This document shows, in pieces, positions 19,738 through 27,418 of a DNA stretch of 60,658 nucleotides. Made by a program: the position numbers and the translations under genes. Under the pieces are notes generated by a model. It had not been told where the DNA came from, did no database searches, and was given only the letters and a program-made list of their open reading frames with translations. Source of the DNA: a bacterium (GTDB lineage: Bacteria > Patescibacteriota > Patescibacteriia > 2-12-FULL-60-25); assembly GCA_035906575.1 (NCBI GenBank), contig JAMIEW010000040.1, positions 1-60,658 on the forward strand, in the 5' to 3' direction. How positions within the stretch are numbered: the stretch's first letter is position 1; every line of letters begins with the position of its first letter.

Positions 19738-22700
19738 TTAGAATTCAGCAGGAGGTGCTGCGTCCCAATTATCTTCTTCGGTAGCGGTTGGCGTAGGACG
19801 TGAGCGGAAGTGCTCAGGTTTTGGCGAGCTGTCTTCAAGGCGTTTGCCGTTTTTCAACAACTCAACGTCGAGACCCAAGCCTTTTAATTCGCGAACCAAG
19901 ACATTGAAGGATTCTGGTACGTTCACTTTTTTAATCGGTTCGCCTTTGATAATGGCCTCGTACGCTTTTGAGCGGCCAGGAACGTCATCCGATTTAATCG
20001 TGAGAATTTCTTGAAGAGTATGAGCGGCACCGTAAGCTTCGAGCGCCCATACTTCCATTTCACCGAAGCGCTGACCACCGAACTGGGCTTTACCGCCGAG
20101 AGGTTGCTGCGTGATGAGCGAGTATGGACCAATGGAGCGTTGGTGAATCTTGTCTTCAACCATATGGTTGAGCTTCAACATATAGACCAAACCAACGGTC
20201 GGATCATGGTCATATTTTTCACCGGTACGACCGTCGTAGAGAGGGATCTGGCCGTCTTCTGGGAAGCCAGCGCGCTTTAACTCTTCGCGGATCGTCTCTT
20301 CAGGAACACCGTCAAACACCGGCGTCGCCACCATATAACCGAGAGCGTTCGCTGCAAGACCCAGATGGGTTTCAAGCACCTGGCCCAAGTTCATACGAGA
20401 AACAACACCAAGAGGTGAAAGAATAATGTCGACGGGAGTACCGTCCTCTAAGAACGGCATGTCTTCGACTTTTACGATGCGCGAGATAACACCTTTGTTA
20501 CCATGGCGACCAGCAAGCTTATCACCTACCTGAATCTTACGAAGATCAGCGACCGAAACAACGATCTGACGTAATACGCCAGGCTGCAATTTGTCGCCAT
20601 TGTCGCGTGAGAAGACTTTTACATCAACGACTTTGCCTTTTTCGCCGTGCTCAAGATACATCGAAGAATCGCGAACATCGCGAGCCTTCTCGCCGAAAAT
20701 CGCACGGAGAAGTTTTTCTTCAGCCGAGAGATCAGTCTCGCCTTTTGGCGTGATCTTACCGACAAGAATGTCACCGGATTTTACTTCAGCACCGATGCGC
20801 ACGATGCCATGCTCATCAAGATGACGGAATTTTTCTTCAGAAACATTTGGGATATCTGATGTGACGACTTCAGCACCAAGCTTGGTATCACGCACATCGA
20901 GTACGTGGTGCTCGATATGAATCGATGTGAAACGATCTTCGTGTACGAGACGCTCAGACAAAATAATGGCATCTTCGTAGTTATAACCGTCCCATGACAA
21001 GAACGAGACAAGAAGGTTTTGACCGAGAGCAAGTTCACCATGTTGAACGGATGTACCGTCAGCAAGCACTTCACCGGCATAAATCTTTTGACCCTTGTTC
21101 ACGGTTGGACGGAAGTTCAAACACGTCGAGTGGTTAGAGCGTTGGAACTTGGAGAGTTCGTAACGGCGAATCGCGCCGTCCTCACCTTGCAATTCAACGA
21201 GATTACCAGAGACCGCAACCACAACACCATCAACCGGAGCGATAATTGCATGACCAGCGTCGATCGCTACACGGCGTTCTACACCCGTACCAACAATTGG
21301 CGCATCTGGCTTAATACAAGGCACAGCCTGACGTTGCATGTTGGTACCCATGAGAGCGCGGTGACCGTCATCGTGTTCAACGAACGGGATCAAGGACGTA
21401 CCGACCGAGAGAATCTGCTTGGACGAAACGTCGACATAGTCAATCTCATGCACATCGACAATGGTAGGCTCGCCGTTTTTACGGGCAGGCGTACGGTCGT
21501 GCATGAATTTGCCGTTCTTATCGATGGCCGTCGTTGCAGGTGCCGTGGTACCACGTTCTTCAGTGAACGCATTCAAATAAACGATTTCACTGGTGACCGT
21601 TGGGTCTACAGGCAATTTATCGATTGAGATTTTTGCTAATTTTTCAGCAAGTTTCTTATCGACTTCTTCCCCTGCCTTACCGACCGTTTTGCCTTCGCCG
21701 TCATTGACGTCTACGCGCAAAACTTCGCCAATGGCGTCTTGACCATCGTTCTTCGCCCAGTTCTTCACGAGACGATACGGAGCTTCGATGAAGCCGTATT
21801 CGTTGATACGCGAATAACTTGCCATGTGACCTACGAGACCGATGTTTGGACCTTCAGGTGAAGCAATCGGACAAATACGACCATAGTGTGTGCGGTGCAC
21901 ATCGCGAACATCAAAGCCCGCGCGTTCACGTGTAAGACCACCAGGACCCATCGCCGACAAACGGCGCTTATGTTCAAGCTCAGCCAATGGATTGGTTTGC
22001 TCCATGAACTGCGAAAGCTGCGAACTCATGAAGAACTCACGAATTGCACCAATAACAGGACGAGCATTAATCAACTTCGCTGGATTGATATCGTTCATGT
22101 CCATCGTGGACATACGATCCTTCACGATACGCTCCATACGAGCGAGACCAATGCGGAAGCGGCTCTGAACGAGCTCACCAACAGCACGTACGCGACGGTT
22201 ACCCAAGTGATCGATATCGTCTGCTTCGTCTTGCGAGACATTGAGTTGAATCAATTCGCGCAAAAGAGCAATCACGTCTTCTTTTGAAAGAATGCGGTTT
22301 TCTTCTTGTGAAACAAAACCGTGTTCGGAGTTCAGGTTGAAACGCTTATTGTACTTATAGCGACCTACAGCCGACAAGTCATAGCGATCAAAGTTAAAGA
22401 ACATCGAGTGGATGAGCTGCTTGGCATTTTCTGCCGTTGCAAGATCACCTGGGCGAATGCGCTTATAGACTTCGATATAGCCTTCGTCTTCGTTCGATGA
22501 AACATCTTTTGCAAGCGTTGCTTCAACGTACTTATTAAGAGGATGAATATCGACATCTTCGAGCACCTTGCGGATCTCGTCGTCTGAACCCAAACCGAAA
22601 GCACGCAAGAGAGCCGTTGCGGCAACTTTGCGTTTGCGATCAATTTTTACCCAAAGCACGTTGTTTGCGTCGGTCTCGAATTCGAGCCAAGCACCACGTG

Positions 22701-23202
22701 AAGGGATAATTTTTGCCCCGTAATAACGGCGGCCATGCATGGCTTCAGCGGTAAAGAAAACACCGGCTGAGCGCACGAGCTGGGTAATGACCACACGCTC
22801 AATACCGTTCACGATAAAGGTACCGCGATCGGTCATGAGTGGGAGGTCACCAAGATACACCTCGGATTCTTTTTCGAAGTTCGAACGCTTGTTCGTGAGG
22901 CGAAGCTTTACGCGAATCGGAGCTTCGTAGTTAACGTGCTTTTCTTTGGACGTCTTCTCATCAAACTTTGGCTCGTCGAAATAATAATCGACGAACGACA
23001 ACTCAAGATCACGGCCGATAAAATCTTTGATCGGCGAGATCTCTTTGAACAAGTCGCGGATACCTTCTTCAAGGAACCAACGATAAGAGGTTTTTTGCAC
23101 CTCAATCAAATCTGGCAAGGCCATGGCGTCGCGGGCGGCCGTAAAATAACGGCGGTCGCGGTCCTTTGGCTCTTGTCGCTTAAACGACATCGCATGAGAC
23201 AT
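19738..23202 (-). CDS. rpoB: DNA-directed RNA polymerase subunit beta
   Basis: Conserved blocks GRYKYNKRF, GPGGLTRERAG, SRMNLGQVLETHLG. Start set at Met34 of the ORF (23202), with 23190 also possible. Confidence 0.96.
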   Translation of the reverse strand: MSHAMSFKRQEPKDRDRRYFTAARDAMALPDLIEVQKTSYRWFLEEGIRDLFKEISPIKDFIGRDLELSFVDYYFDEPKFDEKTSKEKHVNYEAPIRVKLRLTNKRSNFEKESEVYLGDLPLMTDRGTFIVNGIERVVITQLVRSAGVFFTAEAMHGRRYYGAKIIPSRGAWLEFETDANNVLWVKIDRKRKVAATALLRAFGLGSDDEIRKVLEDVDIHPLNKYVEATLAKDVSSNEDEGYIEVYKRIRPGDLATAENAKQLIHSMFFNFDRYDLSAVGRYKYNKRFNLNSEHGFVSQEENRILSKEDVIALLRELIQLNVSQDEADDIDHLGNRRVRAVGELVQSRFRIGLARMERIVKDRMSTMDMNDINPAKLINARPVIGAIREFFMSSQLSQFMEQTNPLAELEHKRRLSAMGPGGLTRERAGFDVRDVHRTHYGRICPIASPEGPNIGLVGHMASYSRINEYGFIEAPYRLVKNWAKNDGQDAIGEVLRVDVNDGEGKTVGKAGEEVDKKLAEKLAKISIDKLPVDPTVTSEIVYLNAFTEERGTTAPATTAIDKNGKFMHDRTPARKNGEPTIVDVHEIDYVDVSSKQILSVGTSLIPFVEHDDGHRALMGTNMQRQAVPCIKPDAPIVGTGVERRVAIDAGHAIIAPVDGVVVAVSGNLVELQGEDGAIRRYELSKFQRSNHSTCLNFRPTVNKGQKIYAGEVLADGTSVQHGELALGQNLLVSFLSWDGYNYEDAIILSERLVHEDRFTSIHIEHHVLDVRDTKLGAEVVTSDIPNVSEEKFRHLDEHGIVRIGAEVKSGDILVGKITPKGETDLSAEEKLLRAIFGEKARDVRDSSMYLEHGEKGKVVDVKVFSRDNGDKLQPGVLRQIVVSVADLRKIQVGDKLAGRHGNKGVISRIVKVEDMPFLEDGTPVDIILSPLGVVSRMNLGQVLETHLGLAANALGYMVATPVFDGVPEETIREELKRAGFPEDGQIPLYDGRTGEKYDHDPTVGLVYMLKLNHMVEDKIHQRSIGPYSLITQQPLGGKAQFGGQRFGEMEVWALEAYGAAHTLQEILTIKSDDVPGRSKAYEAIIKGEPIKKVNVPESFNVLVRELKGLGLDVELLKNGKRLEDSSPKPEHFRSRPTPTATEEDNWDAAPPAEF

Positions 23203-23343
23203 GGGAGCGATGAAAATAATGAACGTTGTTATGCTTTGCCGCGGGGCCGTCAAAAAAAGACAGAGCCGCCAGGGGTGACGGGCGTCGCCGCAAAAACACA
23301 AAACGCTTGTTTTGATTAGGTGAAATCACACCGGAAAGCGACC

Positions 23344-23385
23344 AAAATATCAAAACGCCTCCCAACGGGGAAAAGTTGGGAGGAG
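23344..23385 (-). terminator. terminator/attenuator-like hairpin upstream of rpoB
   Basis: On the minus strand, CCTCCCAAC-ttttcccc-GTTGGGAGG is followed by CGTTTTGATATTTT. No minus-strand gene ends here. Confidence 0.45.
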
Positions 23386-23540
23386 ACTCGATTAAGAATG
23401 GGTGTATCGCATTTGCAGTGAAAGGGGATCAATCTTTCACGAAAGCCATGACAAGTATCTGTACAAACACCTGTCAAGCCGCGTGGTTTCGTGCGGATTC
23501 TACCAAGGTCACTATAAAAGGTCAAGCGTCCAACATATGA

Positions 23541-23569
23541 TTGACAAAATGACCATTATAAGATATATT
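23541..23569 (+). promoter_or_regulatory. near-consensus sigma70-like promoter (island C, gene 1)
   Basis: TTGACA, 17-nt spacer, TATATT. Confidence 0.6.
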
Positions 23570-23583
23570 GTGTCGGCACATTT

Positions 23584-24243
23584 GTGGCCATTGGCCAGAA
23601 AGCAGGTAGAGTGAATCACTATATCTCGGATGTCTCCTTCAACCGGGTTCTGGAGATGATGAGGAGCTACCCGGCGACCTTCGGAAACCTCATGCAGGAG
23701 ATCAACTGGCTTCGCGAAGACGCCATCATCTTCTGGGTGAATGCTCGCGAGCTCCCCAAGCTGTCGACCCTCGACTTGCTCAAGGGCATCAGCGACGTGG
23801 AGAACTCCCTGGGACAGGCCCAGAGTCTCACCGCGGTCGCCAACGAGGTTCTGACGAGCCCGGTCTGGGAGGACCATCCCTACTACTTCGAGGAGCGCAA
23901 CGAGCTCAGCGAGATGCAGGAAGCGCTCGAGGTGCAGCAGACGCGTCTGCAGTCGACCCTCCGCCGCCTGCTCGACGCCCTCTCGTGGGCCGAGCGATTC
24001 GAGGAGCTCGACCCCACCCACGACCCGCGCATCTGGCGGGCCAAGTGGATCGCCCCGCGGAACCCGCGCAACTGCGACTACAAGGGCTGGCACCGGTTCA
24101 TCCCGGGCAACCACAAGCACAGTCGCGTCGACCGCCTCTACAACGAAGCGAACCACGGCCCCAAGAAGAGCCCGCGGTTCAGCTCGGCGCGCAAGGCCCG
24201 CGAGAACGAGCGCCAGTCGCTCATCGACCAGCTCGCCGCCTAG
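23584..24243 (+). CDS. hypothetical protein (GC-rich island C, gene 1; start uncertain)
   Basis: 219-aa ORF with strong G/C third-position bias in this frame. Alternative starts are GTG 23611 and ATG 23656/23659. The antisense ORF 23512-24156 is judged spurious. Confidence 0.65.
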   Translation: MAIGQKAGRVNHYISDVSFNRVLEMMRSYPATFGNLMQEINWLREDAIIFWVNARELPKLSTLDLLKGISDVENSLGQAQSLTAVANEVLTSPVWEDHPYYFEERNELSEMQEALEVQQTRLQSTLRRLLDALSWAERFEELDPTHDPRIWRAKWIAPRNPRNCDYKGWHRFIPGNHKHSRVDRLYNEANHGPKKSPRFSSARKARENERQSLIDQLAA

Positions 24244-24265
24244 GCAACATCAAGACCACAACTGC

Positions 24266-24302
24266 TGAATCCCCTAACTCGTACTGAGTTGGGGGATTTT
24301 GC
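24266..24302 (+). terminator. intrinsic terminator
   Basis: AATCCCC..AACTC-gtact-GAGTT..GGGGATT followed by TTTT. Confidence 0.6.
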
Positions 24303-24332
24303 GTTGGCCTCATTTTTATGTAAAGCATACTG

Positions 24333-24361
24333 TTGACATATTTTGCATACTATGTTAAGAA
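24333..24361 (+). promoter_or_regulatory. putative promoter (island C, gene 2)
   Basis: TTGACA, 17-nt spacer, TAAGAA. The GTG at 24368 would make the mRNA about leaderless. Confidence 0.35.
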
Positions 24362-24367
24362 CTCCCC

Positions 24368-24931
24368 GTGTTTACGACGATCGCCACTGGCGAAACGGTC
24401 GGTCAGGTTTCGCGCCTGGCTCAATACAAGAACCTTCAGCTCCGTGGTGAAATCACGGACGATCCGAAACTTCGGATGTTGGGCGAGCTCGCGCTCGTGA
24501 CCGACATCACGAAGAAACTGTTCGCGGCAGGTGGTGCCAGACCACCCCTGGGATTGCTCTACAGCCTCCAGTCCTTCACATCCGAGATGTGTGAGGAGTA
24601 TGAGAACTACGAGCTACCCTGGAAAAACTGGGACGAACTCCGCGAAGATGAGCGCCTGGCTCGAGAGATCCGTTGGGACCTCGAGGCCCTGGAGCCCAAC
24701 TCGTGCAACTGCGCGCGTTGCTGTGGCGTCGACGAGGAGGCGACCCCGCCGCTCAAGGTCTTCACTCCCTCGCAGGAGATGAGGGCCGAAGCGAAGCGGG
24801 AGGCAACGCTCCGCGAAGAGGGCCGCCGGGTGCGTCGCCGAGCAAGTGAGGACGAGGCCGAAGAGCCGACTCCGAAACGAAGCTTGCGCAACCACCGGCG
24901 TGCCAACGCCGAGCTCGAGGCGCTGATCTGA
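24368..24931 (+). CDS. hypothetical protein (island C, gene 2)
   Basis: 187 aa with G/C-rich third positions and a charged Arg/Glu-rich C-terminus. No motif recognised. Confidence 0.6.
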   Translation: MFTTIATGETVGQVSRLAQYKNLQLRGEITDDPKLRMLGELALVTDITKKLFAAGGARPPLGLLYSLQSFTSEMCEEYENYELPWKNWDELREDERLAREIRWDLEALEPNSCNCARCCGVDEEATPPLKVFTPSQEMRAEAKREATLREEGRRVRRRASEDEAEEPTPKRSLRNHRRANAELEALI

Positions 24932-25057
24932 GACTGACCCCGTCCAAACCGTAGAAATGCGGCGAGGGCGGGGTCTTCAATTACATCCGATTTTGCCTCT
25001 CAAAGCCCCCTACCCCCGGTAGCCACATTTATTGTGCGTTAGATATATGTCTACCGA

Positions 25058-25087
25058 CCCCTTCCCACATTTGTGGAAGGGGTTTTT
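25058..25087 (+). terminator. intrinsic terminator (also the left inner IR)
   Basis: CCCCTTCC ... GGAAGGGG stem followed by TTTTT. Confidence 0.6.
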
Positions 25088-25132
25088 GGTTATTGACAGC
25101 AACAACGTAAAAAGTGAACGGAGTTAAGTACT

Positions 25133-25492
25133 ATGACATTTACACGTATCTATAACCGTCCTGAATACAAGGACCGAAGAAGAGAGCTCAGAGCAACTAT
25201 GACTGCCGCTGAACGTATGATCTGGGAACGAGTCCGAGGGTCTCAGCTTGGTTGCCGTTTTCGCCGGCAGCATAGCATTGGTGATTATATCGTTGACTTT
25301 TATTGCCCTACCGCAAGACTGGTAGTCGAAATAGACGGCTCAATCCACGAAAGCGAGGGCCAGCAAAATCACGACACGCTTAGAACGCTTTACCTCAAAA
25401 GCGTTGGTCATCATGTTCTGCGTTTCACAAACAAAGAAGTACAAGAAAACGTCGATCGTGTCATACACATCATCAGCAGCTACTGCCCCTAA
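25133..25492 (+). CDS. DUF559 (Vsr/restriction-endonuclease-like fold) domain protein
   Basis: 119 aa. ERMIWERVRGSQLGCRFRRQHSIGDYIVDFYCPTARLVVEIDGSIH...VLRFTNKEV matches the pattern of endonuclease-domain DUF559 proteins. Confidence 0.85.
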   Translation: MTFTRIYNRPEYKDRRRELRATMTAAERMIWERVRGSQLGCRFRRQHSIGDYIVDFYCPTARLVVEIDGSIHESEGQQNHDTLRTLYLKSVGHHVLRFTNKEVQENVDRVIHIISSYCP

Positions 25493-25585
25493 CCCCTTCC
25501 ACAAACGTGGGAAGGGGTCGCCCGACGAAGGCTCTGCGTAGTCGGGCGGGGGTAGGGGGCTTCGATGGGTCGATGTAGCCCATTC

Positions 25586-25733
25586 TTAGCCAATTTGGCT
25601 AAGATTAGTACTTGCTATTATGTCAAAAACGTGCTATACTTGTATGGTAATGAGATGAGCGAAGGAGGCTTATCTCGGGCGTATATTCCATAAATATCGC
25701 TAATGTTAGCCACGTTGGTTAAATAATGGCTAA
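25586..25733. promoter_or_regulatory. cluster of TTAGCC/GGCTAA half-sites (operator- or iteron-like)
   Basis: Perfect palindrome TTAGCCAA-T-TTGGCTAA (25586-25602), GCTAA-TG-TTAGC (25699-25710), TTAGCCACGTTGGTTAA (25706-25722), and TGGCTAA (25727-25733). Confidence 0.4.
25612..25640 (+). promoter_or_regulatory. sigma70-like promoter P1 of island E
   Basis: TTGCTA, 17-nt spacer, TATACT. Confidence 0.5.
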
Positions 25734-25756
25734 GGTTAGAAAAGAAAAGCAATCAC

Positions 25757-25785
25757 TTGACAGTTTAGGTGATTCATGGTAGAGT
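25757..25785 (+). promoter_or_regulatory. sigma70-like promoter P2 of island E
   Basis: TTGACA, 17-nt spacer, TAGAGT. Confidence 0.55.
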
Positions 25786-25791
25786 AATACG

Positions 25792-25938
25792 TCGAGGATG
25801 TAACAACCTTACAACTTAAGAGCTTGTCACGGAGGAGAGCCAAGACAAGCAATGAACGAACTTACCGGCCTTTATGGCTAGGTGTAGCGCTTATTGCTTT
25901 GCTCGGTATCCCGTGACGCTTCATGCGTCATTTTTTGT
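25792..25938 (+). ncRNA. candidate ~145-nt sRNA/leader transcript
   Basis: Bounded by promoter P2 and an intrinsic terminator (TGACGC-ttcat-GCGTCA + T6 at 25914-25936). Internal hairpin CTTGTC..GACAAG. It contains only a 9-codon ORF (25852-25881). Confidence 0.35.
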
Positions 25939-25944
25939 TGTAAT

Positions 25945-26099
25945 GATCGTTTTGGAGGAGGCAAACAGGTGGACGCTGTAGGAATCCGGTTTCGACTGGA
26001 ATCCTTCATCTGAACCCTGTACGGATTCAACCGCTTCGGCGGCCTTGAACCACTTCTCGTTGGATTTTTATCCGATGAGTCGCCGCCTCCGAAACGATC
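25945..26099 (+). promoter_or_regulatory. structured 5' leader domain closed by an 18-bp long-range helix
   Basis: GATCGTTTTGGAGGAGGC (25945-25962) pairs with GCCGCCTCCGAAACGATC (26082-26099), with one U-G wobble and one mismatch. Inside are UUCG-capped hairpins at 25986-25999 and 26031-26042. Confidence 0.45.
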
Positions 26100-26339
26100 G
26101 TTATAGACAAAGACGGGTGGAGAAGAACCTCGCAGGTAGCCGAACACGGTGCGTCTGCGAGCGGTGCGCAAAATCAGCCACGGCGGTTTCGACTGCCAAC
26201 TCTGAAAGTAGCAAGCCACACGCAGGCAATGCCCTCGGGTATTCGCCAGCCTCTTCTTCAACCGTCTTTCTCTATTCGGTGCTACTACCGACACGGCGAA
26301 AGAGCCGAACCTTCAATCTTCAGCAAGCAAGAGGTACAG

Positions 26340-26681
26340 ATGGAAAACATCGTCATCAGCAGTGTTCTCGCGTTCATCATCATCACGATGCTCGCCTGCG
26401 GACCCTCGATTTCCTTCGTATGGCTCGCCTACCGCTTCATGCGATCATTGGCGCTGGTCACACCTGAAGCACTTCCCGAGGCTCGCTCAACGTTGAGGAA
26501 GATAAGGATCGCTAGCTACGGCGGTTTCAGCTGGCTTTTCTTCGCTGCACTCCCACACTTCTACTGGAAGAGCGGCGAGCTCACGCTCACCTTAGCCTAC
26601 TATAGCGTAGGTATTATCACTGCCGCGCTGAACTACGAATATCACCAGCGATCAGAACGCAAGCTGATCACCATCAACTGA
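26340..26681 (+). CDS. small 3-TM membrane protein M1 (paralogue of 28728-29198)
   Basis: 113 aa. AAGAGG SD 5 nt upstream of ATG 26340. Shares LACGP in TM1 and the RSTLRKIRIASYGGFSWLFF and VGIIT blocks with M2. Confidence 0.7.
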   Translation: MENIVISSVLAFIIITMLACGPSISFVWLAYRFMRSLALVTPEALPEARSTLRKIRIASYGGFSWLFFAALPHFYWKSGELTLTLAYYSVGIITAALNYEYHQRSERKLITIN

Positions 26682-26764
26682 ACTCCCTGCGAAGTTGAGA
26701 AGTTCACTCTTCTCCTTCGCTCTCAGAACTCATTCATCAACATTGTTGGTGAATGATGAAGAGA

Positions 26765-26893
26765 TCTCGCTTTCATTCTTTTTCCCGATTTCCTCTCCCC
26801 TTTGATGCGTTGAAGCCGGAGGGTTGAGATCAGGAGAAAAAACGAGAGCGGGATGTGCGATTTTGCACTTTGCAGTCCGCTCACAAAGGTTCA
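26765..26893 (+). promoter_or_regulatory. conserved leader L1 (three-segment switch-like RNA)
   Basis: 5' arm TCTCGCTTTCATTCTTTTT, 3' arm AAAAAACGAGAGCGGGA, small hairpin GTGC-gatttt-GCAC, then TCCGCTC just before the SD. Confidence 0.5.
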
Positions 26894-27262
26894 ATGAAAA
26901 TTAGAAACTTAACGAGTTTCAAGGTGTCCGTAACAGCAGCGGAGCAAGCCCATAACGGGTTTACTCTCTGGCCTGAATGGCCAGTGGTAATCAAACCCAA
27001 GACAAACGGAGACGAGCGTCCACAGAATATTCAACTCAAAGGAGTCGGTATTCATGTGTATGAGCGACCCACCGAATACGAAGTACTGGGACTCCCCGAA
27101 CCTGTGGAAGGTGTCTACTTCCTCGTTGAGGAAGCGGTAGGCGCTTTTCTCAAGGGCACACGAAGTGACGTTTTGATGCCCATAATCGGCCCAGAAACTG
27201 AGGTGCACTGTGACGACGAGGGACTGAAAACCTTCTACGTCAACGCATTTAGGCAAGCCTAG
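26894..27262 (+). CDS. small soluble protein S1, NLT(P)H-motif family (paralogue of 28060-28407)
   Basis: 122 aa. MKIRNLTSFKV N-terminus and the GLPEPVEGVYFLVEEAVGAFLKGTRSDVLMP block are shared with S2. Mid-G+C composition. Confidence 0.75.
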   Translation: MKIRNLTSFKVSVTAAEQAHNGFTLWPEWPVVIKPKTNGDERPQNIQLKGVGIHVYERPTEYEVLGLPEPVEGVYFLVEEAVGAFLKGTRSDVLMPIIGPETEVHCDDEGLKTFYVNAFRQA

Positions 27263-27272
27263 AGACGCCCCT

Positions 27273-27351
27273 GAATCCGACATCGCGAACACTCGTGCTC
27301 TGTCGGACTCCCCTTCTGCTCATGACTTCAAGTCGTGGCCAGATAGGAGTT
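27273..27351 (+). repeat. two-hairpin element R1
   Basis: GAATCCGACATCGCGAACACTCGTGCTCTGTCGGACTCCCCTTCTGCTCATGACTTCAAGTCGTGGCCAGATAGGAG. Stems are CCGACA/TGTCGG, CACGA or GCGAA/TCGTG, and CATGAC/GTCGTG. Confidence 0.7.
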
Positions 27352-27418
27352 CACTCCGAATTCACCTAGTGCGCAACGACGTCTCGCAATTCGCTTGATC
27401 CGTTCGCGCGCTACGGGC

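Larger units (their letters stand above)
25003..25562. repeat. DUF559 gene module bracketed by two nested inverted-repeat pairs
   Basis: Outer 16-bp perfect IR: AAGCCCCCTACCCCCG (25003-25018) / CGGGGGTAGGGGGCTT (25547-25562). Inner 25-nt pair: CCCCTTCCCACATTTGTGGAAGGGG (25058-25082) and CCCCTTCCACAAACGTGGGAAGGGG (25493-25517), which are reverse complements apart from 1 nt. Confidence 0.5.

Noticed and set aside
15765-23105. Numerous 60-250-aa ORFs on either strand overlapping rpoC, rpoB, gyrA, ftsK, PBP1A and other core genes (for example 17711-18469 and 21019-21627).
   Set aside because: They are fully embedded in long, motif-supported housekeeping genes. They have no independent start signals and are typical shadow ORFs.
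26071-26099. Hammerhead-ribozyme-like string CCGATGAG...CGAAAC.
   Set aside because: The core has C instead of the invariant U (CUGAUGA). The sequence between GAUGAG and GAAA cannot form stem II. It is better explained as the 3' arm of the 18-bp long-range helix.
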